From the NCBI RefSeq assembly GCF_963921235.1, contig NC_086097.1, positions 247,444,001 through 247,508,000 on the forward strand: a stretch of DNA of 64,000 bases. The letters are read 5' to 3'. The stretch is from Mobula hypostoma. Its lineage: Eukaryota. Every line of letters begins with the position of its first letter. The first letter of the stretch is position 1. Both the position numbers and the translations under genes were made by a program. Shown here piece after piece: positions 1 through 10,977 of the stretch. The notes under the pieces are model-generated. The model worked only from the letters and a program-made list of their open reading frames with translations, made no database searches and was not told where the DNA came from.

Positions 1-625
1 GTCCCACACTTAAAACACTGAGATGAGAAATATAACAAGTCCTGACACAGCTTCCAACCCATTTTCCATACATCATGGACCAAAAGCAGTAACTAGTTCT
101 AAAAGGGTAAAATCTGTCATAAAATTATACAAATCGACCATAGATCAAAGTCAGATCTTGTATTTCCTCAAGCAGAGATTCTATGACATGGGGAGAACGA
201 GCGACAAAAAAAAACGGGGAAAAAAGGAAAACAAAGTCAAGGGGATTAACTATTGGCCCCAGGTGTCCTTATTATATCACCAGACTCCAGGTACCAATAT
301 CTTTTTAGTTTGGCACTTCATAAATTCTGCCATCCTTGTTAGGCCTGTCAGGACAGCTGACCTCAGTTTTCCACTAACAAGCCAGCTGTGCAGTTCCTTT
401 CAAAGCAAGGCGGATACATTTTTATTGAACATGAAAATAATGTGCACCTCAGCATTGGTATTTTATTGGAATTAGGACAATTTTTTTTTACACAAAGAGG
501 AGGTTGTACCGAAAATTGCAAATGCACTCTCACTAGTGCACGTAAATTTCACTTGGAAATTTCTGAGTTAACAATGGTTACATTTTAAAGCTTTAAGGGT
601 CGTTAGCCAAACTGAAATTAACTAC

Positions 626-666
626 TGTGTGTGCGTGTGTGTGCGCGTGTGCATGCGTGTGTGTGC

Positions 667-707
<41 letters not shown>

Positions 708-716
708 CGTGTGTAT
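626..716. repeat. (TG)n/(CG) purine-pyrimidine microsatellite
   Basis: Directly visible tgtgtgtgcgtgtg... run; explains the Cys/Val-rich spurious ORFs 627..848 and 631..819. Confidence 0.95.
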
Positions 717-754
717 GCGGGAGTGTTTGTCTACATGTGCACACACTCAAAGTT

Positions 755-1256
755 TAAGACTTTTGCACAGTACTGTAGTAGTAATTATATGTATTGCACT
801 GTACTGCTGCTGCAAATGAAACACAAATTTCATGACATATGTGAGTGATGATAAACCTGATTCTGATATGGGTCTCTATTGTGGACTGAGAGTGGGAAGG
901 GGGCAGGGAGAGGGGAATCATGGTTAGGAAAAGGAGAAGGGAGAGGGGAGGGAGCAGAAAGCACCAGAGAGACATCCTGTAATGATCAATAAACCAATTG
1001 TTTGGGATCAAATGACTTTGCCTGGTGTCTCAGGGCTGGGTGTGTCTGAACATGTGCCAGCTCCCCCCCTCCCCCCGGCACTTCTTCTCTGTCCCACACC
1101 CCTTCCATGGCGCTCCACCCTCACCATTCCCAAAATTTTTTGTTCCCACCAGATTTACAAACTTGCTCTCTGCTCCACATTAACAAACACAGTACTGTGC
1201 AAAAGTCTTAGGCACCCTAGCTATAGATATGTGCCTAAGACTTTTGCACAGTACTG
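755..1256 (+). mobile_element. Composite non-autonomous element, copy 1: TIR remnant + Rex1-type 3'UTR piece + unique body + terminal 67-bp Tc1-type mini-MITE
   Basis: 26-bp TIRs CAGTACTGTGCAAAAGTCTTAGGCAC (1190-1215) and GTGCCTAAGACTTTTGCACAGTACTG (1231-1256); right-TIR remnant at 755-777; homologous to 30473-30936 and 49845-50311. Confidence 0.8.
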
Positions 1257-1339
1257 CAATTCTTATTATAATTTATAGTATTAAATGTCTTAGTATTAGT
1301 ACAGCACCACAATAATGGTGCTGTTCTAAATAACACTGC

Positions 1340-1492
1340 CGGGTTTGAAAGCAGTCAGTTCCTTGCACACTTTCCATCCATTCTGAATTGAGTGTTGAAC
1401 TAGCAACTCAGCTTCAAAAAAAACAGACAAAAAAAACTGGAGAAATGGCAAGATTGCTGCCTGATGCTCCACAAGGCATAGAAAGGAACTAC
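1340..1492 (+). mobile_element. Degraded tRNA-SINE fragment with RTE-like body and a third tail type
   Basis: ctttccatcc...ttgagtgttgaactagcaactcagcttcaaaa matches the body of the SINEs at 36011-36292 and 58949-59192; the tail differs. Confidence 0.55.
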
Positions 1493-2499
1493 ATATATAT
1501 ATAAAATAATGTTAAATATTACAGTATTAATGTACTATACAGTACTGTTGCCACAAAACAACACATTTTATGACATATGTCAATGATAATAAACATGAAT
1601 CTGGTTTTGTCAAGTTCATTTAAAGCTGCATAAATCCCCAAATCTGTAAACAACCAAGATCAGTACAGGCATGAAGATTTTCTCTTAAAAATGCATATTT
1701 AAATCCAGAGCAAAGTAGACAACAAGAGAAATAAGGTTACATTAAATTTGACTATTGCAAGTTGTTATCCTTCAATGCATTTAATTATAAGCTAAAATCA
1801 GCCTGGCAATGATTGTCTACCTGTATCCTGCCTTATAGTATCAGTGGGTTTAAAATGTGAGAATTTCATCATACAACTCAGAGTCAAATATGACTGGCAT
1901 GTTATAATTCGTTATGAAGGAACAGGTAGATTTGATTGTCAGGGGTTGAAAGAGTAGGTCAGATTCTGCTTGTTCATCAGCTGAGTGTCATTTTATTTTC
2001 ACTATCGCCAGACCTGTTTCTTTAAAAAAGAATTGGAATCCGCTCCTCATTATCCGCGGTTCAGCTATCTCCCTGCCACCTTGTATAAATGAAGTCCCAC
2101 TCTGGGTCTCGTGTCGTGTCTCTGATCTTCGCAGGTCTAAACCCATATAATTTAAACAAAAAAAAGATTTATGTGCAGTTGTGTTGGTGAAGAACACATG
2201 AACACCAAAAGTGTGAATATTATTCTCTCCTCCGGTTAATTATTTTTAGAACAACAGAACACTTTTCATGGAGAATTCTTTGATGCTCTTGACTGTCTCA
2301 CTGCAGTGGCAGATTGTTCTAACAGCATCTTATGGATGTGGACAGATTTCTCAGAGTAAGACACTTAGGTTTTCCCATCTTAAGAATTCTGTTTCTGCCA
2401 TAAATACAGTCTGGACTTCTTATCTTTTAATAGAAGACTTGTAACATAATAAATTAGTTGATAAAAGGATCTATTTCTGAACTTCAGCTTTAAAATCCA

Positions 2500-3072
2500 G
2501 AGCTCAGAAGGTGGTAAGAATGTGGAAAGAACTGCCAGAAAAAGTTCAAAGATCAAAACAAATTTAATTATCGAAGTACATATATGCCAACATATACACC
2601 CCTGAGAGTCATTTTCTTATAGAATAGTATCGATGATAGAATCAATGAAAGACCGTCCAACTCCAGCGTTCAACCAGAGTACAGAAGACAGTATACTGGG
2701 CAAATACAGAAAGAAAAAACAAAAATATAAATAAATGTGCAATAAATATCAAGAACCATGAGATGAGAGTCCATTGAGTTGTGGGAACATTTCAGTGATG
2801 GGCAAGTAAAGTTGAGTGAAGTTATCCCCTTTGGTTCAAGAGCCTGATGGTCGTGGGGTAGTAACTGCTCCTGAACCTGGTGGTGTGAATCCTGAGTGGT
2901 GGATAATGGTTTGATTTCAACTTTTAAGTGAAATTTGGATAAATAGATGGATGAGGGATGGGTATGGAGAGGTATCGTCCATGTGTAGGTTGATGGGACT
3001 AGGAAGAGTGATAGATCGGCACAGCTAGGCGGGCTGAAGAGTCTGTTTCTGTGCTGTAGGACTCTATGACTC
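2500..3072 (+). mobile_element. CR1/HER1 3' fragment interrupted by an antisense Rex1 3'UTR (about 2545-2897)
   Basis: ctcagaaggtggtaagaatgtggaa... resumes at gtggtgga and ends gtttctgtgctgtaggactctatgactc; the insert matches the reverse of the Rex1 3'UTR seen throughout the window. Confidence 0.7.
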
Positions 3073-3236
3073 ATTGATTCAATATGAACATGGTTTAATA
3101 AATAATTATTAAAAACTCTCCAAACAGTTGTCAGTTCTGTTCAAACACAGGTAACCAAATAAGACCCTGCGTCCTCTAAACTTCTGCCTCACTAATTTGC
3201 TATTAAATTGTAGGATGATTTCATGAGCTATAATGA

Positions 3237-3424
3237 ACAACACACATAAAGTGCTGGAAGAGCTCAGCAAGCCAGGCAGCATCTATGGAGAGGAACAAAC
3301 AGGTGCAGTTTTGGGCTGAGACCCTTCATCAGGACTGGAAAGGAAGGAAGCTAGAATAAAAAGCTGGGGGAATGGGGGAGGAGGTATTGTTCAGGATTTC
3401 CAGCATCCGCAGAAACTCTTGTGT
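3237..3424 (-). mobile_element. Penelope-like solo pseudo-LTR with degenerate hammerhead core
   Basis: Minus strand reads CAGTCCTGATGAAGGGTCTCAGCCCAAAA...ccatagatgctgcctggcttgctgag, the same as the sequence downstream of the GIY-YIG fragments. Confidence 0.75.
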
Positions 3425-3865
3425 CGTAAGTTATGCTGTCTGCTCACTTTAAACACAGAACATAGTGCAGTACAGCACAGTACAGGCCCTTAGGCCTATG
3501 ATGGTGCACTGACCCTTTAACCTACACTAAGATCAATCTACGACATAGCTCTCCATTTTCTATCATCCATATGCCTATCTCAGAGTTTCTTAAATATCCC
3601 TAATCTTCCTGCCCCGCCTCCATGCTCTGTCAGCAAGGTCCATGAATGCAACATTCTCTGTGTAAAGAATTTACTTCTGACATCCCCCCTATACTTTCCT
3701 CCAATCACCTTTCAGTTGATGGTGTCATGAACCAAATGTTTCAGCAATGCCAAGTCCATGAAGCCAAACATAATCGTCAATAACTGGTCTGGATGGGTTT
3801 GCGTGGAATTTACTTCCAGTAATACGTATCGCAGTGTTCAACTGACATTCCATATTCACTCCAAT

Positions 3866-4008
3866 GGCATGGTAGTTTAGCATGAAGCTTCATAAAGCCA
3901 GCGACCGGGGTACAATTCCTGTGGCTGTCTTTAACGAGTTTGTACTGTGTGGGTTTCCTCTGGGTGATCTAGTTTCCTCTCACATTCCAAAGACGTACAT
4001 GTTAGAGT
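3866..4008 (+). mobile_element. HE1-like V-SINE fragment
   Basis: tRNA-like head ggcatggtagtttag, then gagtttgtac...gtgggtttcctctgggtg...tttcctctcacattccaaagacgt (V-domain). Confidence 0.65.
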
Positions 4009-4068
4009 TAAGAAGTCGCTCAAAGTTTGAAGTAAAATTTATTAACAGAGCACTTACACGTCATCACA

Positions 4069-4653
4069 GACTTATGGAGAAGAGGAGTTTGGTGGGTAAT
4101 AAAATGGATGAGTTCATGGCACTAGCCAGGCGTCAGAGAACATTTTGGGAGTGTAGTGTTATGTGTTTTACTGGAACGGGGCTGCACGAGGACATACCCG
4201 ATTAAAACTTTTCCATGGATGGCTTCCAGACCGTTCGGGCTGACCGGAAGTGCACTGAGAGCGGTAAGCATAAAGGAGTTGGGTGCTTACTGGTCTGGTT
4301 AACAACGGATGGTGCAATCCTGGTCGTATTACGATCGAGGAACGTGTTTGTAGACCGGATATTGAACTTTTTGCTGTTGGACTCCGGCCATATTCCACCG
4401 AGATACAACACTGGGCGTCATGGGAGGTTGTTCCTGCCTGTGGCCATCGAACTTTGCAGCTCCTCCGGTGGAGGGTCAGACATCCTGAGCCAATAGGCTG
4501 GTCCTGGACTTATTTCCATCTGGCATAGTTTGCATTTTGTTGTTTGATTGTTTGTGGTTTTTGTATTGCTATATTTATGCTCTATTCTTGGTTGGTGCGG
4601 CTGTAACGAAACCCAATTTCCCTCGGGATCAATAAAGTATATCTATCTATCTA
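4069..4653 (+). mobile_element. Internally deleted Rex1-clade element: endonuclease N-terminus fused to the 3' end, (ATCT)n tail
   Basis: Peptides NKMDEFMALARRQRTFWECSVMCFT and DIELFAVGLRPY join directly to IPPRYNT..RLFLPVAI (ORF C-terminus), followed by aataaagtatatctatctatcta. Confidence 0.8.
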
Positions 4654-5550
4654 TACAACCCTGAGGTTCTTTCTGCGAGCATACTTAGCAAATCTATAGA
4701 ACAGTAACTGTAAACAGGGTCACTGGACAACAAACTCAGTAAATGAAGATATAAATAATTAGCAATAAATAATGAGCATAAAATCACAAGATAAAAGAGG
4801 ACTTAAATAAGCGTAGTTATCCCCTTTTTTTAGGAGCCTGATGATTGAGGGATAGTAACTGTTCTTGAACCTAGTGGTGCGAGTCCTTAGGGTCCTGTAT
4901 CTTCAAGCTGATGGCAGCAGTGACAAAAGAGCATGGCTTGGGGGGGCGGGGGTGGTGAGTATCTTTGATAATGGATGCTGCTTTCCTGTGGCAATGTTTC
5001 ATGTAGATGTGCTCAATGGTTGGGAGGATTTTACCCGTGATGTTCTGGGCCGAATCCACCACCTTCTGTAGGATTTCCCACTCAAAGGCACTGGTGTTCC
5101 CATATCCGGCTGTAATGCAGCCAGTCAGCGCACTTCCCACCACACATCAAAAGAAGTTTGTCAATATTTTTAATGAATGCCAAATCTCTGCAGGATCCTG
5201 AGGAAGTAGATGCTCTGTCGTGCTTTCTTTGTAATTATACTTATATGATGGGTCCAGGACAGATCCTCTGAGATAGTGATACCCAGGAATTTAAAGTTAC
5301 TGACCCTCTCCACCTCTGATCCTCAGATGATTACTAGCTCATGGATCTCTGGTTTCCCTCTCCTGAAGTCTACAATCAGTTCCTTGGTGTTATTGACATT
5401 GTGTGAGAGGTCATTGTTATGACACCACTCAGCCAAATTTACAATCTCCCTCCTGTTTGCTGATTCATCACCATCTTTGATTTGGCTCACAACAGTGGTG
5501 TCATCAGCAAACTTAGACATGGTGTTAGAGATGTAATTAGCTACAGTGTC

Positions 5551-5783
5551 TGATGCACCATCAATAACTCCAAAAGACTGGAAGTAGAGTAAATACTGAA
5601 AGGCTTTTGTTAGCAGTAAAATGTGACCTCCAGTATGCTGAGTGTCTGCCCCTAGACGACAGGAGGAGCCATGGCCCAATCACCTTTATGCAGGACTCTG
5701 TGGGAGGAGCCACAGGGGCAGTCAGCAGAAGGGCATGTCCAGACAGGTAACCCAGTTACAACATATATACATGGTTTACCACA
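5551..5783 (-). mobile_element. Solo LTR, 233 bp
   Basis: Minus strand TGTGG...CATCA ends; perfect 5-bp TSD GTGTC (5546-5550 and 5784-5788); TATA-like and polyA-like motifs; interrupts the Rex1 RT. Confidence 0.8.
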
Positions 5784-6879
5784 GTGTCATAGGTATAAAG
5801 CAAGTACAGCAGGGGACTAACCACACTTCCCTGCAGTGCTCCTGTGCTGATGGGGATTGTGGACGAGATTTTTTTGCCAACCCGAACTGATTGGGGTGTA
5901 CAAGTGAGGAAGTCCAGGATCCAGTTGCACAAGAGGGTATTGAGACCCAGTCTTAGAGTTTACCGATTAGTTTCTGGGGGATGATGGTATTAAATGTTGA
6001 GTTATCATCGATAAAGAACATCCTGATATATATATCTTTGCTGTCCAGATGTTTGAGAGTTGTGTGAAGAGCCAACGAGATAGCATCTGCTGTAGATCTG
6101 TTGGTCCGGTAGATGAACTAGAGTGGACCCAAGTCACCACTCAGACAGGAGCTGATATGCTTCAACACCAGCATCTCAAAACACTTCATCACTGTGGGTG
6201 TAAGTATCACTGGGTGATAGTCATTTAGACGGGTTACCACACCGGATGCTTTCCTTGGATTTACGTACTTGAAGGCAGCCCGCATGTCATCTTCACATAC
6301 TGAGACCAAAGGATCATCGGGAGACATGGGGGTGCACGATGGTTTCTCCCTGTCCTGGTGATGAAAGCAAGCATAGAAGGCATTGAGCTCATCTGGAAGC
6401 AAAGCTCTGCTGTCTCCTATGTCACAAGATTTGTCTTTGTAGGAGCTTATGGCAATCAAACACTGTCACAGCGAGCGAGCATCCCTCGCTGATTCCAGTC
6501 TAGTCTGGAATCTCCACTCCGCCCATGAGATGTCCTTCCAGAGGTCATCCCTGCACCTCTTGTAGCATTCTTGATCTCCAGACTGGGATGTCTCTGATCT
6601 GGCTCTCAGCAGATTCCGGATTTCATTGTTCATGCAGGGCTTCTGATTGGGAAAAGCCCTGAATGATTTTGTGGAGACACACTCATCCACAGCTGCTTTA
6701 ATAAAGTCTGTTATGAGCCTGGTGTAAGCGCTCTCCTGTGGGCATGTTATGTTGGTGCTGGAGGCATGGCAGAACTTGTGGACAATCCCCACTCTGTTGG
6801 TCATGGACTCAAATGGCACATCTCACTGTACGTTTTGAAGTACATGTGACAAATAAGGCTAACAGAAAGCAGGCGGAAC

Positions 6880-7565
6880 ACCTCCTCCCTCACTACTATT
6901 CAGAGCCCCAAACAGTCCTTCCAGGTGAGGCGACACTCCACCTGTTGGGGTCATATACTGTGTCCGGTGATTCCAGTGTGGCGTTTTGTATATCTGTGAG
7001 ACGCAACGTAGATTGGGAAACTGCTTCACTGAGCACCAACGCTCCACCCGCCAGAAAATGTGGGATCTCCCAGTGGCCATCCATTTTAATTCCACTCCCA
7101 TTCCTATTCCGACATACCAGGCCATGGCCTCCTCCACTGTCGTGATGAGGCCACACTCTGATTGGACGAACAACACCTTATATTCCGTCTGGGTACCCTC
7201 CAGCCTGATGGTGTGAACATCAATTTCTCGAACTTCTGGTAGTGACACTGCCCCCATTCACCATTCCCCATTTCCATTTCCCTCTCTCACCTTATCTCCT
7301 TACCTGCCCATCACCTCCTTCTGGTGTTCCTCCTCCTTTTTTTTCTTCCATGACCACTGTCCTCTCCTATCAGACTCCCCCGTTCTCCAGCCCTGTATCT
7401 CCTTCACCAATCAACTTCCCAGCTCTTTACTTCACCCCTCCCACCTCCTGGTTTCACCTATCACCAACTACCTTGTACTACTTCCTCCTCTCCCTTCACC
7501 TTCTTAATCTGACTTCTCATCTTCTTTCTCCAGTTCTGATGAAGGGTCTTGGCCCCAAACATCGT
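6880..7565 (+). mobile_element. Penelope-like element: GIY-YIG endonuclease remnant, pyrimidine-rich region and start of pseudo-LTR
   Basis: GVIYCV...YICETQRRLGNCFTEHQRS...DLPVAIHFNS; ends in CTGATGAAGGGTCTTGGCCCCAAAC. Confidence 0.9.
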
Positions 7566-7591
7566 TTGGGAAAGCCAACACGCTTTTGCTT

Positions 7592-7700
7592 TCACAAACA
7601 AGAGAAAATCTGCAGGTGCTGGAAATCCAAAGCAACACACAGAAAATGCTGGAGGAACTCTGCAGTCTCTATGGAAAAGAGCAAACAGTCAATATTCTGG
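7592..7700 (-). mobile_element. Penelope pseudo-LTR fragment, inverted relative to the adjacent element
   Basis: caaacaagagaaaatctgcaggtgctggaaatccaaagcaacacacagaaaatgctggaggaactc matches the other pLTR copies. Confidence 0.7.
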
Positions 7701-7856
7701 GACTGGAGAAATAGAAGACGATTTTAATGCATGCATTGTTCCATTAGTAGAGCTTACAAAGCTCACATGAAAATTAAACAATTACATTAACAATTGCTCA
7801 CTAAAATCATAAATTTGAATTAAATTAAATACTTAATTGAATTATGTATGTATATA

Positions 7857-8440
7857 TAGGATGTAATGTTGAAACTTTATGAAGCACTGGTGAGGCCTCA
7901 CTTGGAGTATTGTGAGCAGGTTCTGGCCCCTTACCTTAGAAATGATGTGCTGAAACTGGAGAGGGTTCAAAGGAGGTTCACAAAAATGATTCCAGGATGG
8001 AATGGCTGTCATATCAGGGCATTTGATGGCTCTGGGCCTGTATTGACTAGAATTCAGAACAATGAGGGGTAACCTCATTGAAACCTATTGAGTGGTGAAA
8101 GGCCTTGTACAGTGTATGTGGAGAGGACATTTCCTATGGTGGGAGAGTCTGAGACTACAGGCACAGCCTCAGAATAGAGGGATGTCCTTTTAGAATGATG
8201 AAGAGGACAAATTTCTTCAGCCAGAGAATGGTGAATCTGTGGAATTCTTTGCCTCAAGTAGCTGTGGAAGCTAAGTCTTTATGTATATTTAAGGCAGAGG
8301 TGGATAGATTTTTTATTGGTCAGGGATTGAAGTGATATAGGGAGAAGGCAGGAAGTTCGGGCTACAAGGAAAATTGGATCAGCCATGATGAAATGGCAGA
8401 GCAGACTCGATGGTCCGAATAGCCTAATTCTGCTCCTATA
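7857..8440 (+). mobile_element. CR1 LINE 3' fragment
   Basis: LYEALVRPHLEYCEQ...LERVQRRFTKMIPG, then a 3'UTR ending cctaattctgctccta. Confidence 0.9.
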
Positions 8441-9222
8441 AGACCATAAAACATCGGCACAGAATTAGGCCGTCTGGCCCATTGAGCCTGCTCCACCATT
8501 CATTCATGGCTGATACTTATTTTCTATCTCCTCCTCAACCCCAGTTCCCGGCCTTTTCCCCGTAACCTGTGATGCCATGTCCACTCAAGAACCTATCAAC
8601 CTCTGCTTTAAATACACCCAACGATCTGGTCTCCACAGCTACACATAACAAAAAATTCCACAAATTCACCACCCTCTGCCAAAAGAAATCACTCCGCATC
8701 TCTGTTTTAAATGGACGCCCCTTTATCCTGAGGCTGTGCCCTCTTGTCCTGGACTCTCCCACCCACCATGCGAAACATCCTTTCCACTATCTAGGCCTTT
8801 CAACATTTGAAAGGTTTCAGTGAGATCCCCCCTCATCCTTCTAAATTGCAGCTAGTACAGACCCAGAGCCATCAAATGTTTCTCGTATGATAACCCATTC
8901 ATTGCTGGAATCATCCTTGTGAACCTCCTCTGGACCCTCTTCAATGCCAGCACATCTTTTCTAACATGAGGGTCCCCAAACTGTTCACAATACTCAAGGT
9001 GAGGCCTCACTAGTGCCTTATAAAGCCTCAGCATCACATCCTTGCTCTTGTATTCTTGACCTCTTGAAATGAGTGCTAACATGCCATTTTCCTTCTCAAC
9101 CTGCAAGTTAACCTTCAGGGTGTTCTGCACAAGGACTCCCAAGTCCCTCTGCACCTCAGATTCCAGTTTTTTCTCCCTGTTTACCAAATAGTCCACATAT
9201 TTATTTATACTAACAAAGTGCA
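8440..9222 (-). mobile_element. CR1 LINE 3' fragment, tail-to-tail with the previous copy
   Basis: ORF 8852..9223 RDLGVLVQ...LYKALVRPHLEYC; ORF 8535..8762 RGHSLRIKGRPF. Confidence 0.9.
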
Positions 9223-9479
9223 TCTACTACCAAAAAATATATATATTTATTATTGTGAGTTATAGCCTTTTATTGTGTATTACATTATACTGCTGCCACA
9301 AAACAACAAATTTTGCAATATATGCCAGTGATATTATACCTGATTCTGACTCTCTGATATTAAAAAGTGAGGATTGCTCACTTATACTACAGAACTGTTC
9401 AGTTTTAGAGTATTACTTATAATACCACTAGACCACTAAGCCAAACTGGCCCTTTGCTAGAACACAGGCAGAGAGTACT

Positions 9480-9765
9480 AGCATGATGGTGTAGTGGTTA
9501 GCGCAATGCCTTACATTACCAGCGTGCCAGGTTCAATTCCCAGTGCTGCCAGTAAGGAGTCTGTCCATTCTCCCCGTGACCGCGTGGGCTTCCTCTGGAT
9601 GCTACAGTTTCCACTCACAGGTTGGTAGGTTAGTTGGTCATTGTAAATTGTACCACGACTAGGTTAGGGTTAAACTGGTGGATTGCTGGGCGGAGCAACT
9701 CAAAGGGATGGAAAAGGCTGTTCTGCGCTGTACCTCAATCAATCAATCAATAAACTAAATAAACA
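9480..9765 (+). mobile_element. HE1-like tRNA-derived V-SINE
   Basis: A box tggtgtagtgg, B box ggttcaattcc, V-domain ttctccccgtgaccgcgtgggcttcctctgg, CR1-type tail ctgttctgcgctgtacctc plus (aatc)n. Confidence 0.85.
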
Positions 9766-10138
9766 ACAGAGTGTAGGCTCTTTGGCCCACAATGTTGTTT
9801 TGACCTTTAAACCTACTCCAATGCTTCCCTCCCATATAGTCCTGTCACATCTGTTCCTACAAAATGAGTAAACAGTTAAGTCTAAGCCTCTACCTCCATG
9901 GAGATCACAGCTCAGCGTCATTTTGAAAAGAAATCGTCGAAGAAACTGAGAAGACACCAGTAAAGTTGGGGTTCAGGATTCTGTTATTTTGTGCACCCAG
10001 CACCCTGCAGATTTAGCAAGCAATTAGACTTTATTGCATGGAGAACAAGAGTTGTAAGTTTGATTATAAATCTATGCTTCGGGACTCACAGTTATATCGT
10101 GCAGACCACAGTTTTATTGGACAGTATGGCAGTGTAGT

Positions 10139-10754
10139 GGGCAGCACAGTTGTGTGGCGGTTAGCGCAACACTTTACAACGCCAGCGATTGCTAGTCAGG
10201 GTTCAATTCTCGCCGGTGTCTATAAGGAGTTTGTATGTCCTCACGGCGTGACCACGTGAGTTTCCTCACGGTTGATGTGCACTCAGGGTCCATGAGCTGA
10301 GGACATGTTACGTTGGTGCCAAAGTGTGGAGACTCCCAGCACAATCCTCAGACTGTGTTGGAGCGGTGTCTCAGAAAGGCAGCGTCCATTATGAAGGACC
10401 TCCAGCACCCAGGGCATGTCCTTTTCTCACTGTTACCATCAGGTAGGAAGTACAGAAGCCTGAAGGCACACACTCAGCAATTCAGACAGCTTCTTCCCCT
10501 CTGCCATCCGATTTCTGAATGGACTTTCAACCCTTGGACACTACCTCACTTTTTAAATATGCAGTATTTCTGTTTGATTACATGTTTTTTAAATCTATTC
10601 AATATATGTATACTGTAATTGATTTAATTGTTTGTTTATTATTATTACTATTTTTTTTTCTTTTCCAGATTATGTATTGCATTGAACTGCTGCTGCTAAG
10701 TTAACAAATTTCACGTCACATTCCGGTGATAATAAACCTGATTCTGATTCTGAT
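10139..10754 (+). mobile_element. HE1-like SINE (about 10139-10350) followed by a Rex1 3' end
   Basis: A/B boxes and V-domain; then ERCLRKAASIMKD..HPGHVLFSLLPSGRKYRSL and a (CTGATT)n tail. Confidence 0.8.
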
Positions 10755-10977
10755 TAGTGTCACTTAGGTGGGTTGCTGGGCCAGAACCCACCTAATTGGC
10801 ACTCAACAAATAAATAAATAAACAAGCAAATCAAACAATAAACCATGCATCAAAATTTGTGACCGGTGACTTTCAAGTAACTTACAATACAGTAGACTGG
10901 TTATATGTACAGAAAATGATGCAAATGGGAAAGTGACAAAGAGACTCTTGGCAAGAGTAACTCTTCCAGGTAGCAGC

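Larger units (their letters stand above)
4021..6740 (-). mobile_element. Rex1-clade LINE, degraded RT region and 3'UTR; hosts the inserts at 4069-4653 and 5551-5783
   Basis: Minus-strand ORFs with LPDELNAFYA, LNDYHPVILTPTVMKCFE, KFADDTTVV and LTGCITAGYGN. Confidence 0.9.

Noticed and set aside
23..475. 150-aa ORF
   Set aside because: No recognisable domain, runs through A-tracts, no supporting splice context.
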